This document shows, piece after piece, positions 27,909-35,855 of a stretch of 64,000 nt of DNA (the stretch's first letter is position 1; the number at the start of each line of letters is the position of its first letter). The stretch spans positions 5,042-69,041 of the forward strand of contig VHBA01000006.1 in assembly GCA_016872175.1 (NCBI GenBank), written 5' to 3'. The notes under the pieces were generated by a model. It made no database searches. It had not been told where the DNA came from and saw only the letters and a list, made by a program, of their open reading frames with translations. Position numbers and translations under genes: made by a program. The DNA is from Sphingomonadales bacterium. GTDB lineage: Bacteria; Bacteroidota; Bacteroidia; NS11-12g; UBA955.

Positions 27909-29807
27909 ATGCAAGCTTATAAACTTTCTTTTGCCGATTTATTGAAAATAGAAGGCAATATAGAGCACTATCATATACCTAAATACCAGCGCGAATATGT
28001 TTGGGGTAAAACCGAATGGGAAACGCTAATTAATGATATCAATGAAAATGACATTGATTATTTTATCGGTTCTGTGATCGTTGTTGCTTATTCTGATGCT
28101 CGCCCGGGAGCTGAGAAGATATATCAAGTGGTGGATGGGCAGCAGCGGCTAACCACATTAACCTTATTGCTTGCTGCAATTTACAAGAAGTTAAAGGCAA
28201 TTCAAGCAACTTTAGATAAGGAGGATGAAGATGTATTCTCCGATTTAGGGGTAAAACTAAATAGTATTGAACGGAAGCTGGTGCATCGTAAAAAGGCTGC
28301 TTACAATGATGAGCCAGGTGGGTTTTTAGATAAACAGCAGGTTTGTTTTCTTAGGGTTCAGCCGTCATCTCAAAACAGCAACCTGGCCGATTATAAATAT
28401 ATTTTTAAGGAGTGTGGTTTGCTTAAAGATGCAGATGTTCCCAAGAATTTTGGAAACCGCAGATTTGCACGAGCTTTTTATTATTTCCTACAGGAAATTC
28501 CGGATTCACTTGAAGATCTTGAATTATTACTGGACAAAATAAACCGCCTTGTGTTTATTCATATTGCTGTTGGCACCCAGGCCGATGCATTTGTTTTGTT
28601 TGAAACACTCAATAATAGAGGGGTGGATTTATCGCCCATTGATATCATAAAAAATAGTTTGTTGGCAGAAATGGAAAAGCAACAGCAAGTAAATATTGAT
28701 GATTCTTTTCAGCGATGGCAAGAGCTGCTTACATTGATTCCTGATTTTGACAATCAGCTTCGTTTTTTAAGGCAGTATTACAATGCATTTAAGGTTTATC
28801 CTGAAATCAAGCACGATAAGGTTACTAAAGCTACCAAAACAACAGTACTAATGGTATATGAAAGGTTAATTAAAAAGAATCCTGATAAGATTTTCAATGA
28901 CCTAATTAGCAAAGCTAAATCATATTCTATTTTAACCGGAGTTTCAAGCACAGAAAGCAATCAATTAAATCAGAAAATAGAGGAGTTAAATAAGGTTGGT
29001 GCTGCCGCATCTTACACTTTATTGATATATCTTCTGCAAAATAAAGAACATCTAGTAGATGACGGGGTGCTGCCCAAATTGGTAGATTTTTTAATTAAGT
29101 ATTATCTGCGTAGAAATGTGACGGACACGCCTAATACCAGGGATCTTGATTCCATCAACATTGACGTTGTAGAACATTGTCATCATTCAATTTTAAGTGG
29201 CAACAAGCTTACCGCTGATTTTATAATAGCATTGCATCTGAATAATGCCAAAGCCAAGCCGGCTGGAATTGATGTATTCAGAAAGTGGTTGAGTGATGCA
29301 ATATACGAGAATAATGTGGGTATGACCCGATATCTGCTTTGGAAAATAGACAGTATATATCACACCAGAGAATATGCCCCTGATTTATGGAAGCGCAATG
29401 AAAATAACAATGCCTTCATTTGGACTATAGAACATGTTTTTCCTGAGGGTAAGAATATCCCTGAAACTTGGATAAGTATGGTGGCTAATGGAGATAAAAA
29501 GTTAGCGGAAAAGATCCAAGAAGAATGCGTACATAAATTGGGTAATTTAACGCTGTCGGCCTACAACTCAAATCTGTCTAACCGTTCCTTTGAAGATAAA
29601 CGTAATCTTACCACACGCAGGGTTGGTGCCGAGGATGTTAAGATTGGCTATCTGAATGGCTTAGGTTTGAATAAGTTTAATTACCAAGTAAACAATGAGT
29701 CTATATCCCTGTCAGAAACCAAAATATGGAATCAAAGCCATATAGAAGCGCGAACCAATCAAATGGTAGAAAAGATTATAGAGCTTTTTAAATTTGACGG
29801 GGAATAG
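27909..29807 (+). CDS. GmrSD-family type IV restriction-like enzyme (DUF262 + DUF1524)
   Basis: N-terminal IPKYQREYVWGK...FIGSVIVV...VVDGQQRLTTL (DUF262/ParB-like NTPase). C-terminal IEHVFPEG...HKLGNLTLSAYNSNLSNRSF (DUF1524 His-Me finger). 632 aa, apparently intact. Confidence 0.8.
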   Translation: MQAYKLSFADLLKIEGNIEHYHIPKYQREYVWGKTEWETLINDINENDIDYFIGSVIVVAYSDARPGAEKIYQVVDGQQRLTTLTLLLAAIYKKLKAIQATLDKEDEDVFSDLGVKLNSIERKLVHRKKAAYNDEPGGFLDKQQVCFLRVQPSSQNSNLADYKYIFKECGLLKDADVPKNFGNRRFARAFYYFLQEIPDSLEDLELLLDKINRLVFIHIAVGTQADAFVLFETLNNRGVDLSPIDIIKNSLLAEMEKQQQVNIDDSFQRWQELLTLIPDFDNQLRFLRQYYNAFKVYPEIKHDKVTKATKTTVLMVYERLIKKNPDKIFNDLISKAKSYSILTGVSSTESNQLNQKIEELNKVGAAASYTLLIYLLQNKEHLVDDGVLPKLVDFLIKYYLRRNVTDTPNTRDLDSINIDVVEHCHHSILSGNKLTADFIIALHLNNAKAKPAGIDVFRKWLSDAIYENNVGMTRYLLWKIDSIYHTREYAPDLWKRNENNNAFIWTIEHVFPEGKNIPETWISMVANGDKKLAEKIQEECVHKLGNLTLSAYNSNLSNRSFEDKRNLTTRRVGAEDVKIGYLNGLGLNKFNYQVNNESISLSETKIWNQSHIEARTNQMVEKIIELFKFDGE

Positions 29808-29852
29808 TAAGAGTCAAAACAAAATATAATTTTTAATTTGAGAGTCTGAATT

Positions 29853-30254
29853 ATGAAAATAAAGAGTGCAAAATCATTTCGCCAATGGTATAAAAGTTTA
29901 ATTCCAGCAAGGAAAAAGCATCCTGAAGATTGGAATGAAAACTTTATGGGAACTCTGCACGAAGATGAATCTGGATTTCTTCAAATGTATCACGGAGGTA
30001 AGGAAGATATCTACGGGTTTCTTAGAAAAGAAGTTGAAATGGCAGAAGATGGACAAGCGATTTATGAATTTGTCCAAAATGCAGCAGACAGTGATTCTAC
30101 AAAGTTTTATATGTTTTATGACCAAAATTATTTGATTGTTATAAATAACGGAAGTGTCTTTACTAAAGAGGGTGTAAAGTCAATTCTTGATATCGGACAA
30201 AGTTTTGGAAAACAAAATTTGATCAAACTTTTTATTAATTTTAAATGTTATTGA
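29853..30254 (+). pseudogene. N-terminal fragment of a GHKL (sacsin/HATPase_c_3-like) ATPase
   Basis: IYEFVQNAADSDSTKFYMFYD...LIVINNGSVFTKEGVKSILDIGQS matches Bergerat-fold motifs I and II (ELxQNAxDA; NG..F; IG.S.K). It terminates about 15 aa later, whereas family members are much longer. Confidence 0.5.
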
Positions 30255-30305
30255 GATGGTATTGACCAATTTGATACATTATTAACTTAACTAAATAACA
30301 TAAAA

Positions 30306-30479
30306 ATGAATAAATTATCTATTCTCGAAATCGGAATTGTCGTTCTATCTGTGATTTGTATTTTTGTATCTGAGTACCTCTACTTATTTCAGGGTGACCA
30401 AACGAAAGCGATTTTTATTGGTCTTTGGCCGCCAACGATGCTTGGACTTTTGAATTACATCAATTCAAAAAGAAAATAA
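30306..30479 (+). CDS. small two-TM membrane protein (57 aa), hypothetical
   Basis: My translation: MNKLSILEIGIVVLSVICIFVSEYLYLFQGDQTKAIFIGLWPPTMLGLLNYINSKRK. Below the ORF-track size cutoff. Confidence 0.3.
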   Translation: MNKLSILEIGIVVLSVICIFVSEYLYLFQGDQTKAIFIGLWPPTMLGLLNYINSKRK

Positions 30480-30480
30480 A

Positions 30481-30624
30481 ATGGAAAATTTGGATATTAT
30501 CATATTGACTATTGTTATTGTTGTTCTTTTCGCGGGATTTATATTTATACCATTGTTATATGCGCACAAGATTGAAAAAAAACACATAACGAAAAACCAA
30601 TCAAATCGTAGTGATTCAAGTTGA
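30481..30624 (+). CDS. small single-TM protein (47 aa), hypothetical
   Basis: My translation: MENLDIIILTIVIVVLFAGFIFIPLLYAHKIEKKHITKNQSNRSDSS. Starts 1 nt after the previous stop. Confidence 0.3.
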   Translation: MENLDIIILTIVIVVLFAGFIFIPLLYAHKIEKKHITKNQSNRSDSS

Positions 30625-30631
30625 TGAATTA

Positions 30632-30880
30632 TAAGTTGATGGCAAACGGATTGGCACATCAAAAGAATATTATAAGGACGGTAAGCTACTTTTTGAAGGA
30701 TTTTACAAATACGACAAAAGAGAGGGCGAACATAAATGGTATCATCCTAATGGTAGGTTACGATTAATTGCAAATTATTATAATGGACGTAAACACGGTA
30801 AATTTTTCTATTATGATGTGAATGGAAACTTAGAATCTACTAAAATGTATGTTTACGGGAGGGAAAAATTGGAAAAGTAG
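30632..30880 (+). pseudogene. MORN-variant repeat (YwqK-like) protein remnant without a start codon
   Basis: The open frame reads VDGKRIGTSKEYYKDGKLLFEGFYKYDKREGEHKWYHPNGRLRLIANYYNGRKHGKFFYYDVNGNLESTKMYVYGREKLEK (three YY-x-NG-type repeats). It is preceded by an in-frame TAA, with no ATG/GTG/TTG before the repeats. Confidence 0.5.
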
Positions 30881-30883
30881 ACC

Positions 30884-31528
30884 ATGATGCACATTTCTAC
30901 TAATAAATATACTGCAATATTATGCGGTCTCATGATTAGCAGTATTGGCTGCAATAACCGACGTGCCGCATCGGAAAGAGCAAGAGGCGATTCCTATTCG
31001 TCTTCAGAGAGTAGCCATTTTGAGGATGAAAGCAAAGAAGGTGGTTTTGAAGATGGTACTTGGTGCGCAAGCGTTACATATTACAACCCCAACACAGGAA
31101 CAAGCGGAACTTACACATTGAACGTGGAAGTACAGGACAATGAACTAATAAAAATCTATTGGGGCAATGGTGGGTGGTTGGACGAAGACCATTTTTACGC
31201 CCAAGATTTGGATGAGGATGGTTATTGCTCCTTTACGAGCGATAAGGGCAACAGTTACACGGTTACATTATCACAAGAAGGCGGCTGCGGCTCCACAGAC
31301 GAATACAGACTGCGGGATGAGGTAGAGGAAGACAGAGCAGATATTACCTGCCCGAAATGCGGGGATAGCAAGTACAGCGTAGATGACTACTGCTCATCAT
31401 GCGAAAGGAAGATGAGGGATGAAGAGGAAGAAAGAAACAACACATGTTCAGAGTGTGGAGCTCATGAATACGGGGTTCGTGGAGGCAAGTGTTCAAGCTG
31501 CAAGGATGATGAAGATGGATACAGATAG
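30884..31528 (+). CDS. acidic lipoprotein with two C-terminal zinc-ribbon-like CxxC pairs, hypothetical
   Basis: Lipobox-like LMISSIGC. Conserved-looking core DGTWCASVTYYNPNTGTSGTYTLNVEVQDNELIKIYWGNGGWLDEDHF. C-terminal CPKCG..CSSC and CSECG..CSSC. Confidence 0.55.
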   Translation: MMHISTNKYTAILCGLMISSIGCNNRRAASERARGDSYSSSESSHFEDESKEGGFEDGTWCASVTYYNPNTGTSGTYTLNVEVQDNELIKIYWGNGGWLDEDHFYAQDLDEDGYCSFTSDKGNSYTVTLSQEGGCGSTDEYRLRDEVEEDRADITCPKCGDSKYSVDDYCSSCERKMRDEEEERNNTCSECGAHEYGVRGGKCSSCKDDEDGYR

Positions 31529-31623
31529 CCAAAGTGCTTCACTTCTGTTTCACTTTAATTTTGTGGAAAACTTTTAGGGCTTGTAAGTGATAGTATATCA
31601 ATTACTTGTTCAGAAATGTTCAC

Positions 31624-31707
31624 TTCCCTCCAGCTCCACCACCCAACAAACAAAACCCGCGTAAACATTCAGTTTAGCGGGTTTTTTGTTTTTATGTGGT
31701 CGGTTTT
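31624..31707. repeat. right direct repeat (attR-like): orphan copy of the tmRNA 3' end plus terminator
   Basis: TTCCCTCCAGCTCCACCA plus the terminator hairpin, with no tmRNA body upstream. 79/84 identical to 25634-25717. Confidence 0.85.
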
Positions 31708-31809
31708 AATTGGTTTCAGAAAATTATTTAGTACCCAGATTAGTGAATTGAGGAAAATTTTGAGGGGAAGTCAAGGGTGGGAGGTGTAGTGACAGGTTGC
31801 GACCTGCCA

Positions 31810-32766
31810 CTAAACCCCCATTTTCCGCAGATTCTCCAGCATATCTGCTGTCATCCGGTCGAGGTCGTAGTCGGGTTTCCAGCTCCAGTCTTCGCGGGCA
31901 CGCGTATCGTCAATCACGGCAGGCCATGAATCGGCGATGGCCTGACGGTAATCGGGTTCGTATGTGCTGCTGAAGGTGGGAATATGCTTTTGGATGGCGG
32001 CTGTAATTTCTTCGGGGCCAAAACTCATGCCGGCCAGGTTGTAGCTGGTGCGGATTTTTACCTTTTCTGCCGGCACATGCATAATGTCCAGCGTGGCTTT
32101 CAGGGCATCAGGCATATAGAGCATCGGCAATACCGTGCCGGGTTTTAAAAAGCATTGGTGCTTGCCCGTGGTGAGGGCATCATGGTAAATGGCTACTGCG
32201 TAGTCGGTGGTGCCGCCACCGGGTGCCGATTTATAGCCAATGAGGCCGGGATAACGCAAACTGCGGGTATCCACACCCCAGCGGTTGAAGTAATACTGTG
32301 CATACAATTCACCGGCCAGCTTGCTGATGCCATAAACCGTTGTTGGATCCATAGCCCCATATTGAGGTGTATTGATGCGCGGTGTGTTGGGTCCGAATGC
32401 CGCAATGCTGCTGGGCCAGTACACTTTTTTCACAATGCCTGTATCGCGGGCGGCATCCAGCAGGTGAAATAGCCCATCCATGTTGAGTTTCCAGGCAAAT
32501 TCAGGCATTTTTTCGGCTGTGGCACTCAGTAAAGCTGCCAGGTGATAAACCTGCGTAGGTTTGTATTTCTCCAGAATCTCCAACAGCTTGGGTTTATCCA
32601 AAATATCAAGCACTTCAAAGGGTCCGGTCTGAAAAACAACATTGTCGCTCTTTTTCACATCGCTGGCAACCACCTGATTTTCGCCATAAATTCCCCTCAG
32701 GGCTTCTACAAGTTCGGTACCAAGCTGTCCGCAGGCACCTATCACCAAAACCGTTTCTTTCTGCAT
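31810..32766 (-). CDS. NAD-dependent epimerase/dehydratase family protein, probably SDR-type L-threonine 3-dehydrogenase
   Basis: VLVIGACGQLGTEL Rossmann motif, YGISKLAGE catalytic YxxxK, and PGGGTTDYAV as in UDP-galactose-4-epimerase-like TDHs. Start trimmed to MQKETV. Confidence 0.7.
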   Translation of the reverse strand: MQKETVLVIGACGQLGTELVEALRGIYGENQVVASDVKKSDNVVFQTGPFEVLDILDKPKLLEILEKYKPTQVYHLAALLSATAEKMPEFAWKLNMDGLFHLLDAARDTGIVKKVYWPSSIAAFGPNTPRINTPQYGAMDPTTVYGISKLAGELYAQYYFNRWGVDTRSLRYPGLIGYKSAPGGGTTDYAVAIYHDALTTGKHQCFLKPGTVLPMLYMPDALKATLDIMHVPAEKVKIRTSYNLAGMSFGPEEITAAIQKHIPTFSSTYEPDYRQAIADSWPAVIDDTRAREDWSWKPDYDLDRMTADMLENLRKMGV

Positions 32767-32833
32767 TTCAATGCAAAGGTTCACAAATGGCAGTAATTTA
32801 CAAAATTCATTTATCTACGTACCTTTGTTAGCT

Positions 32834-34558
32834 TTGAACGCCAGGAAAATCATACTTACCGCGCACAGAGGCTTTAGGCATTTGCTGACAGACGCACAGC
32901 TGGGCAAAACGCGTATGATACTGCTCGGACAGACCCTGTTGGCCTGTGCAGACATCATCGGGCTGGGCAGTATGGTGCCAGTACTCATGCTCGCTTTGGA
33001 CCACTCGTTTCTGGAAAAAAGCAGCAAACTGAGATTCATTTTCAGTCAACTGGGTTTTACATCAGAGGCAAATTTTCTGAAGACCCTCATAGGCATTATT
33101 CTGTTGTTTTTTCTCATCAAAGGCTTACTCGCATTTTTTCTCCAGCAATTCATCCGAAAAACCGCCTCAGAAATTGCTTACAGTTTATCTCATCGCGCAT
33201 ACAATCATGTGTTTGAGGCACGTTCCTATGACCGCCTGAACCACGATGGTCCCGGTTTCAATGAAGTGGTTTTTTTCTCGCCGTTTTACTTTGTTTCGGG
33301 CACCTACATCCCATATCTGACGCTGATGAGTGAGTTGGCCATTGTAGTGCTGCTCACCGCATTTTTCACCTGGTATAATCCGTTTATTTTCTTTCTGATT
33401 GTGGGATTGATAGGCGGTGGATTTTTTCTGGTAAACCGTTTTGCCCGCAAACGCATTACCGAACTTGGTGAGGCCGGAGCGCAATACAGAGACAAGGCAC
33501 TGCGTGAAATCAATTACGGCAGCGGTGGTTTTACCGATATCATCACCCATGGAGCAGAAGAGCATTTTCGAGGAAAAATGCTGCAGCATTTTCGTGGTTT
33601 TTCCGAAAGCGGTATCCGTGCCATCAACCTGCAAACACTGCCATTTCGGGTTAATGAAATGATTGCCCTGATTGGCATAACCCTGCTGGTAATTTATGCG
33701 TATTTTTATTCAAGCGACAACATCGGGCAGGTGCGGGCGCTGGCGGCTCTTTTCGCCATTGCTGTTTTTCGTTTGCTGCCTGCGGCCAACAGGGTTTTAC
33801 AAAGCCTGATGCACCTAAAACTCAGCGCCTATACGCTGGATCAGCTGAGACCCGTTGTAGCGGAACCCTCCTCCAAAAAAGAAAGCATCTGTCATTTTGA
33901 GCAGGAAATTTCCATTCGGGACGTGCATTTTGCCTTTAGCGATAAACCTGAAATTATCAGCGCGTTGAATCTGTCTATCCGTAAAGGGGAATCTGTGGGC
34001 ATTCGCGGGGTGTCGGGTGCCGGAAAAACAACCTTGGTAAAACTGTTGATGGGTTTTTATTTGCCCAAAAGCGGAAAAATCTATGTGGATGGTAAAATCG
34101 TTGATGACAGCAAGAGCACACTGGAATTATTTGCCTACCTGGGCCAGGATCCCTATATCATCAATGGCAGCATTGCAGTCAATGTGGTTTTTGGAACAGA
34201 TGCCAGCGATACCCAAAAGATACAAAAGGCACTCGAAATGGCCGCTTTCATCTGGCCTGAGGCTACCGGAGATTTGTTGAAGGCCGAAGTGGGCGATCAT
34301 GGCTCTCACCTTAGTGAGGGACAAAAACAACGTTTGGCGCTGGCCAGGGCAATCTACCACAACAGTGAGGTGCTTATACTGGATGAACCCAGCAGTGCGC
34401 TGGACGGTGCCACAGAACAAATTTTATTGGGACATCTGGCTGAATTAAAAAAATCCGGAAAAACCCTCATTATTATTGCCCACCGCGAAAAAGTTTTCGA
34501 CATTTGCGACACCGTTTACACTTTAGAAAATAAACGATTAAATCCTTATCAACCATGA
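32834..34558 (+). CDS. ABC exporter, fused permease/ATPase (MsbA-like)
   Basis: Six-TM N-half. Walker A GVSGAGKTT, signature LSEGQKQR, Walker B LILDEPSS. Start is uncertain (TTG 32834 or ATG 32915; the ORF track start is 32771). Confidence 0.8.
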   Translation: MNARKIILTAHRGFRHLLTDAQLGKTRMILLGQTLLACADIIGLGSMVPVLMLALDHSFLEKSSKLRFIFSQLGFTSEANFLKTLIGIILLFFLIKGLLAFFLQQFIRKTASEIAYSLSHRAYNHVFEARSYDRLNHDGPGFNEVVFFSPFYFVSGTYIPYLTLMSELAIVVLLTAFFTWYNPFIFFLIVGLIGGGFFLVNRFARKRITELGEAGAQYRDKALREINYGSGGFTDIITHGAEEHFRGKMLQHFRGFSESGIRAINLQTLPFRVNEMIALIGITLLVIYAYFYSSDNIGQVRALAALFAIAVFRLLPAANRVLQSLMHLKLSAYTLDQLRPVVAEPSSKKESICHFEQEISIRDVHFAFSDKPEIISALNLSIRKGESVGIRGVSGAGKTTLVKLLMGFYLPKSGKIYVDGKIVDDSKSTLELFAYLGQDPYIINGSIAVNVVFGTDASDTQKIQKALEMAAFIWPEATGDLLKAEVGDHGSHLSEGQKQRLALARAIYHNSEVLILDEPSSALDGATEQILLGHLAELKKSGKTLIIIAHREKVFDICDTVYTLENKRLNPYQP

Positions 34559-35610
34559 AAGTAAAATTTGCCGTACTCGGCACCGGACACATCGGAAAAC
34601 GCCATGCTGAAATGATTGTGCGCAATCCCGATGCTGAATTGGTGGCCCTGGCCGATATCAGACCCAAAACCGATGTGGGGGTTGAATCTTTCGGTGTGCC
34701 TTTCTTCAACTCGCTGCATAGCTTGTTGTCCGAAGGTCCTGATTTTGATGTGTTGAACATCGCCACACCCAACGGTTTGCACGGTCAGCATGCCGTAGCT
34801 GCCCTGAAAGCCAACAAGCACGTGGTGATTGAAAAACCCATGGCGCTGAGCAAAGCGGAGTGTGAGCAGGTGGTATATAATGCAATGGCGCACCACAAAC
34901 TGGTTTTTTGTGTGATGCAGAATCGCTATTCGCCACCTTCGGTTTGGATTAAGGATTTGTTGGACAGCGGCAAACTGGGAAAAATCTTCATGGTGCAGGT
35001 AAATTGCTACTGGAACCGCGATGAGCGCTACTACAAAGCCGGCAACTGGAAGGGCCTTCAGGTGTTGGATGGCGGAACCCTTTTCACACAGTTCTCCCAC
35101 TTCATAGACATTATGTACTGGCTATTTGGCGATATCACCGACATCCGCGCCCAGTTTGAGGATTTTACCCATAAAACCAATACTGAATTCGAAGATTCAG
35201 GCATGATACAATTCCGTTTTCTGAATGGTGGATTGGGATGTATCAATTACTCCACCTGTGTTTGGGACAAGAACTTTGAAAGTTCTATTACCATCATCGG
35301 CGAAAACGGTACCGTGAAAATTGGCGGGCAATACATGAATGAAGTAGAATACTGCCATATCAAGGATTACACCATGCCCGAACTGCCACCTGCCAATCCT
35401 GCCAACGATTACGGGCCTTACAAAGGCAGTGCCGCCAACCATAATTTTGTGATTGAAAACGTGGTGGATACCATCAACCGAAATGTGGCGCCTACTACCA
35501 ATGCCCTCGAGGGATTGAAAGTGGTGGAAATTATTGAGCGTATTTATACCGCAAATCCTTATCCGGAAAGCAAAAAAGACATTCTGGATGATACCTATCC
35601 AAGAGGGTAA
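34555..35610 (+). CDS. Gfo/Idh/MocA family oxidoreductase (WbpB-like sugar-nucleotide dehydrogenase candidate)
   Basis: MKVKFAVLGTGHIGKRH Rossmann N-terminus and the EKP motif (VVIEKPMAL). ATGA overlap with the ABC exporter stop. Confidence 0.8.
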   Translation: MKVKFAVLGTGHIGKRHAEMIVRNPDAELVALADIRPKTDVGVESFGVPFFNSLHSLLSEGPDFDVLNIATPNGLHGQHAVAALKANKHVVIEKPMALSKAECEQVVYNAMAHHKLVFCVMQNRYSPPSVWIKDLLDSGKLGKIFMVQVNCYWNRDERYYKAGNWKGLQVLDGGTLFTQFSHFIDIMYWLFGDITDIRAQFEDFTHKTNTEFEDSGMIQFRFLNGGLGCINYSTCVWDKNFESSITIIGENGTVKIGGQYMNEVEYCHIKDYTMPELPPANPANDYGPYKGSAANHNFVIENVVDTINRNVAPTTNALEGLKVVEIIERIYTANPYPESKKDILDDTYPRG

Positions 35611-35674
35611 AAAAATATTTTTCTTTTTTTGGGGGTAAGATGCCTTTTTGTGGTATTTAAGGTCACAAAAAGGA

Positions 35675-35854
35675 ATGAAGGAACAACTTGAATCCAACCT
35701 GATAACCAAGTATGCCGCCGGATTGATGTCCCGCGAAGAAATGAAGCATCTGGAAGAATGGTTAAAGAAAAATCCTCAGTACAATGTGACTGTAGCGATC
35801 ATCAAGCAGCAGGTAGACGCCCTTGTGGGTGCTGCCGGAAGGGTATTGGGATAA
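35675..35854 (+). CDS. FecR-type anti-sigma factor, detached N-terminal segment (split ORF)
   Basis: ITKYAAGLMSREEMKHLEEWLKKNPQYN is the usual FecR N-terminal sigma-binding helix pattern. It ends 1 nt before the ATG of the main FecR ORF, in another frame. Confidence 0.45.
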   Translation: MKEQLESNLITKYAAGLMSREEMKHLEEWLKKNPQYNVTVAIIKQQVDALVGAAGRVLG

Positions 35855-35855
35855 G

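Larger units (their letters stand above)
25634..31707. mobile_element. ssrA-inserted genomic island (about 6 kb), apparently integrase-less and degraded
   Basis: Bounded by direct repeats offset by exactly 5990 bp. Visibly AT-richer than the flanks. Contents are gene fragments, one intact type IV restriction-like gene, and small orphan ORFs. Confidence 0.7.

Noticed and set aside
25652-31623. Search for a tyrosine/serine recombinase, excisionase or transposase inside the ssrA island
   Set aside because: None of the listed ORFs or my translations of the gaps shows integrase-like motifs (no R..HxxR..Y pattern). I therefore do not annotate an integrase. The 121-aa minus-strand ORF at 26123-26488 is only weakly phage-like.
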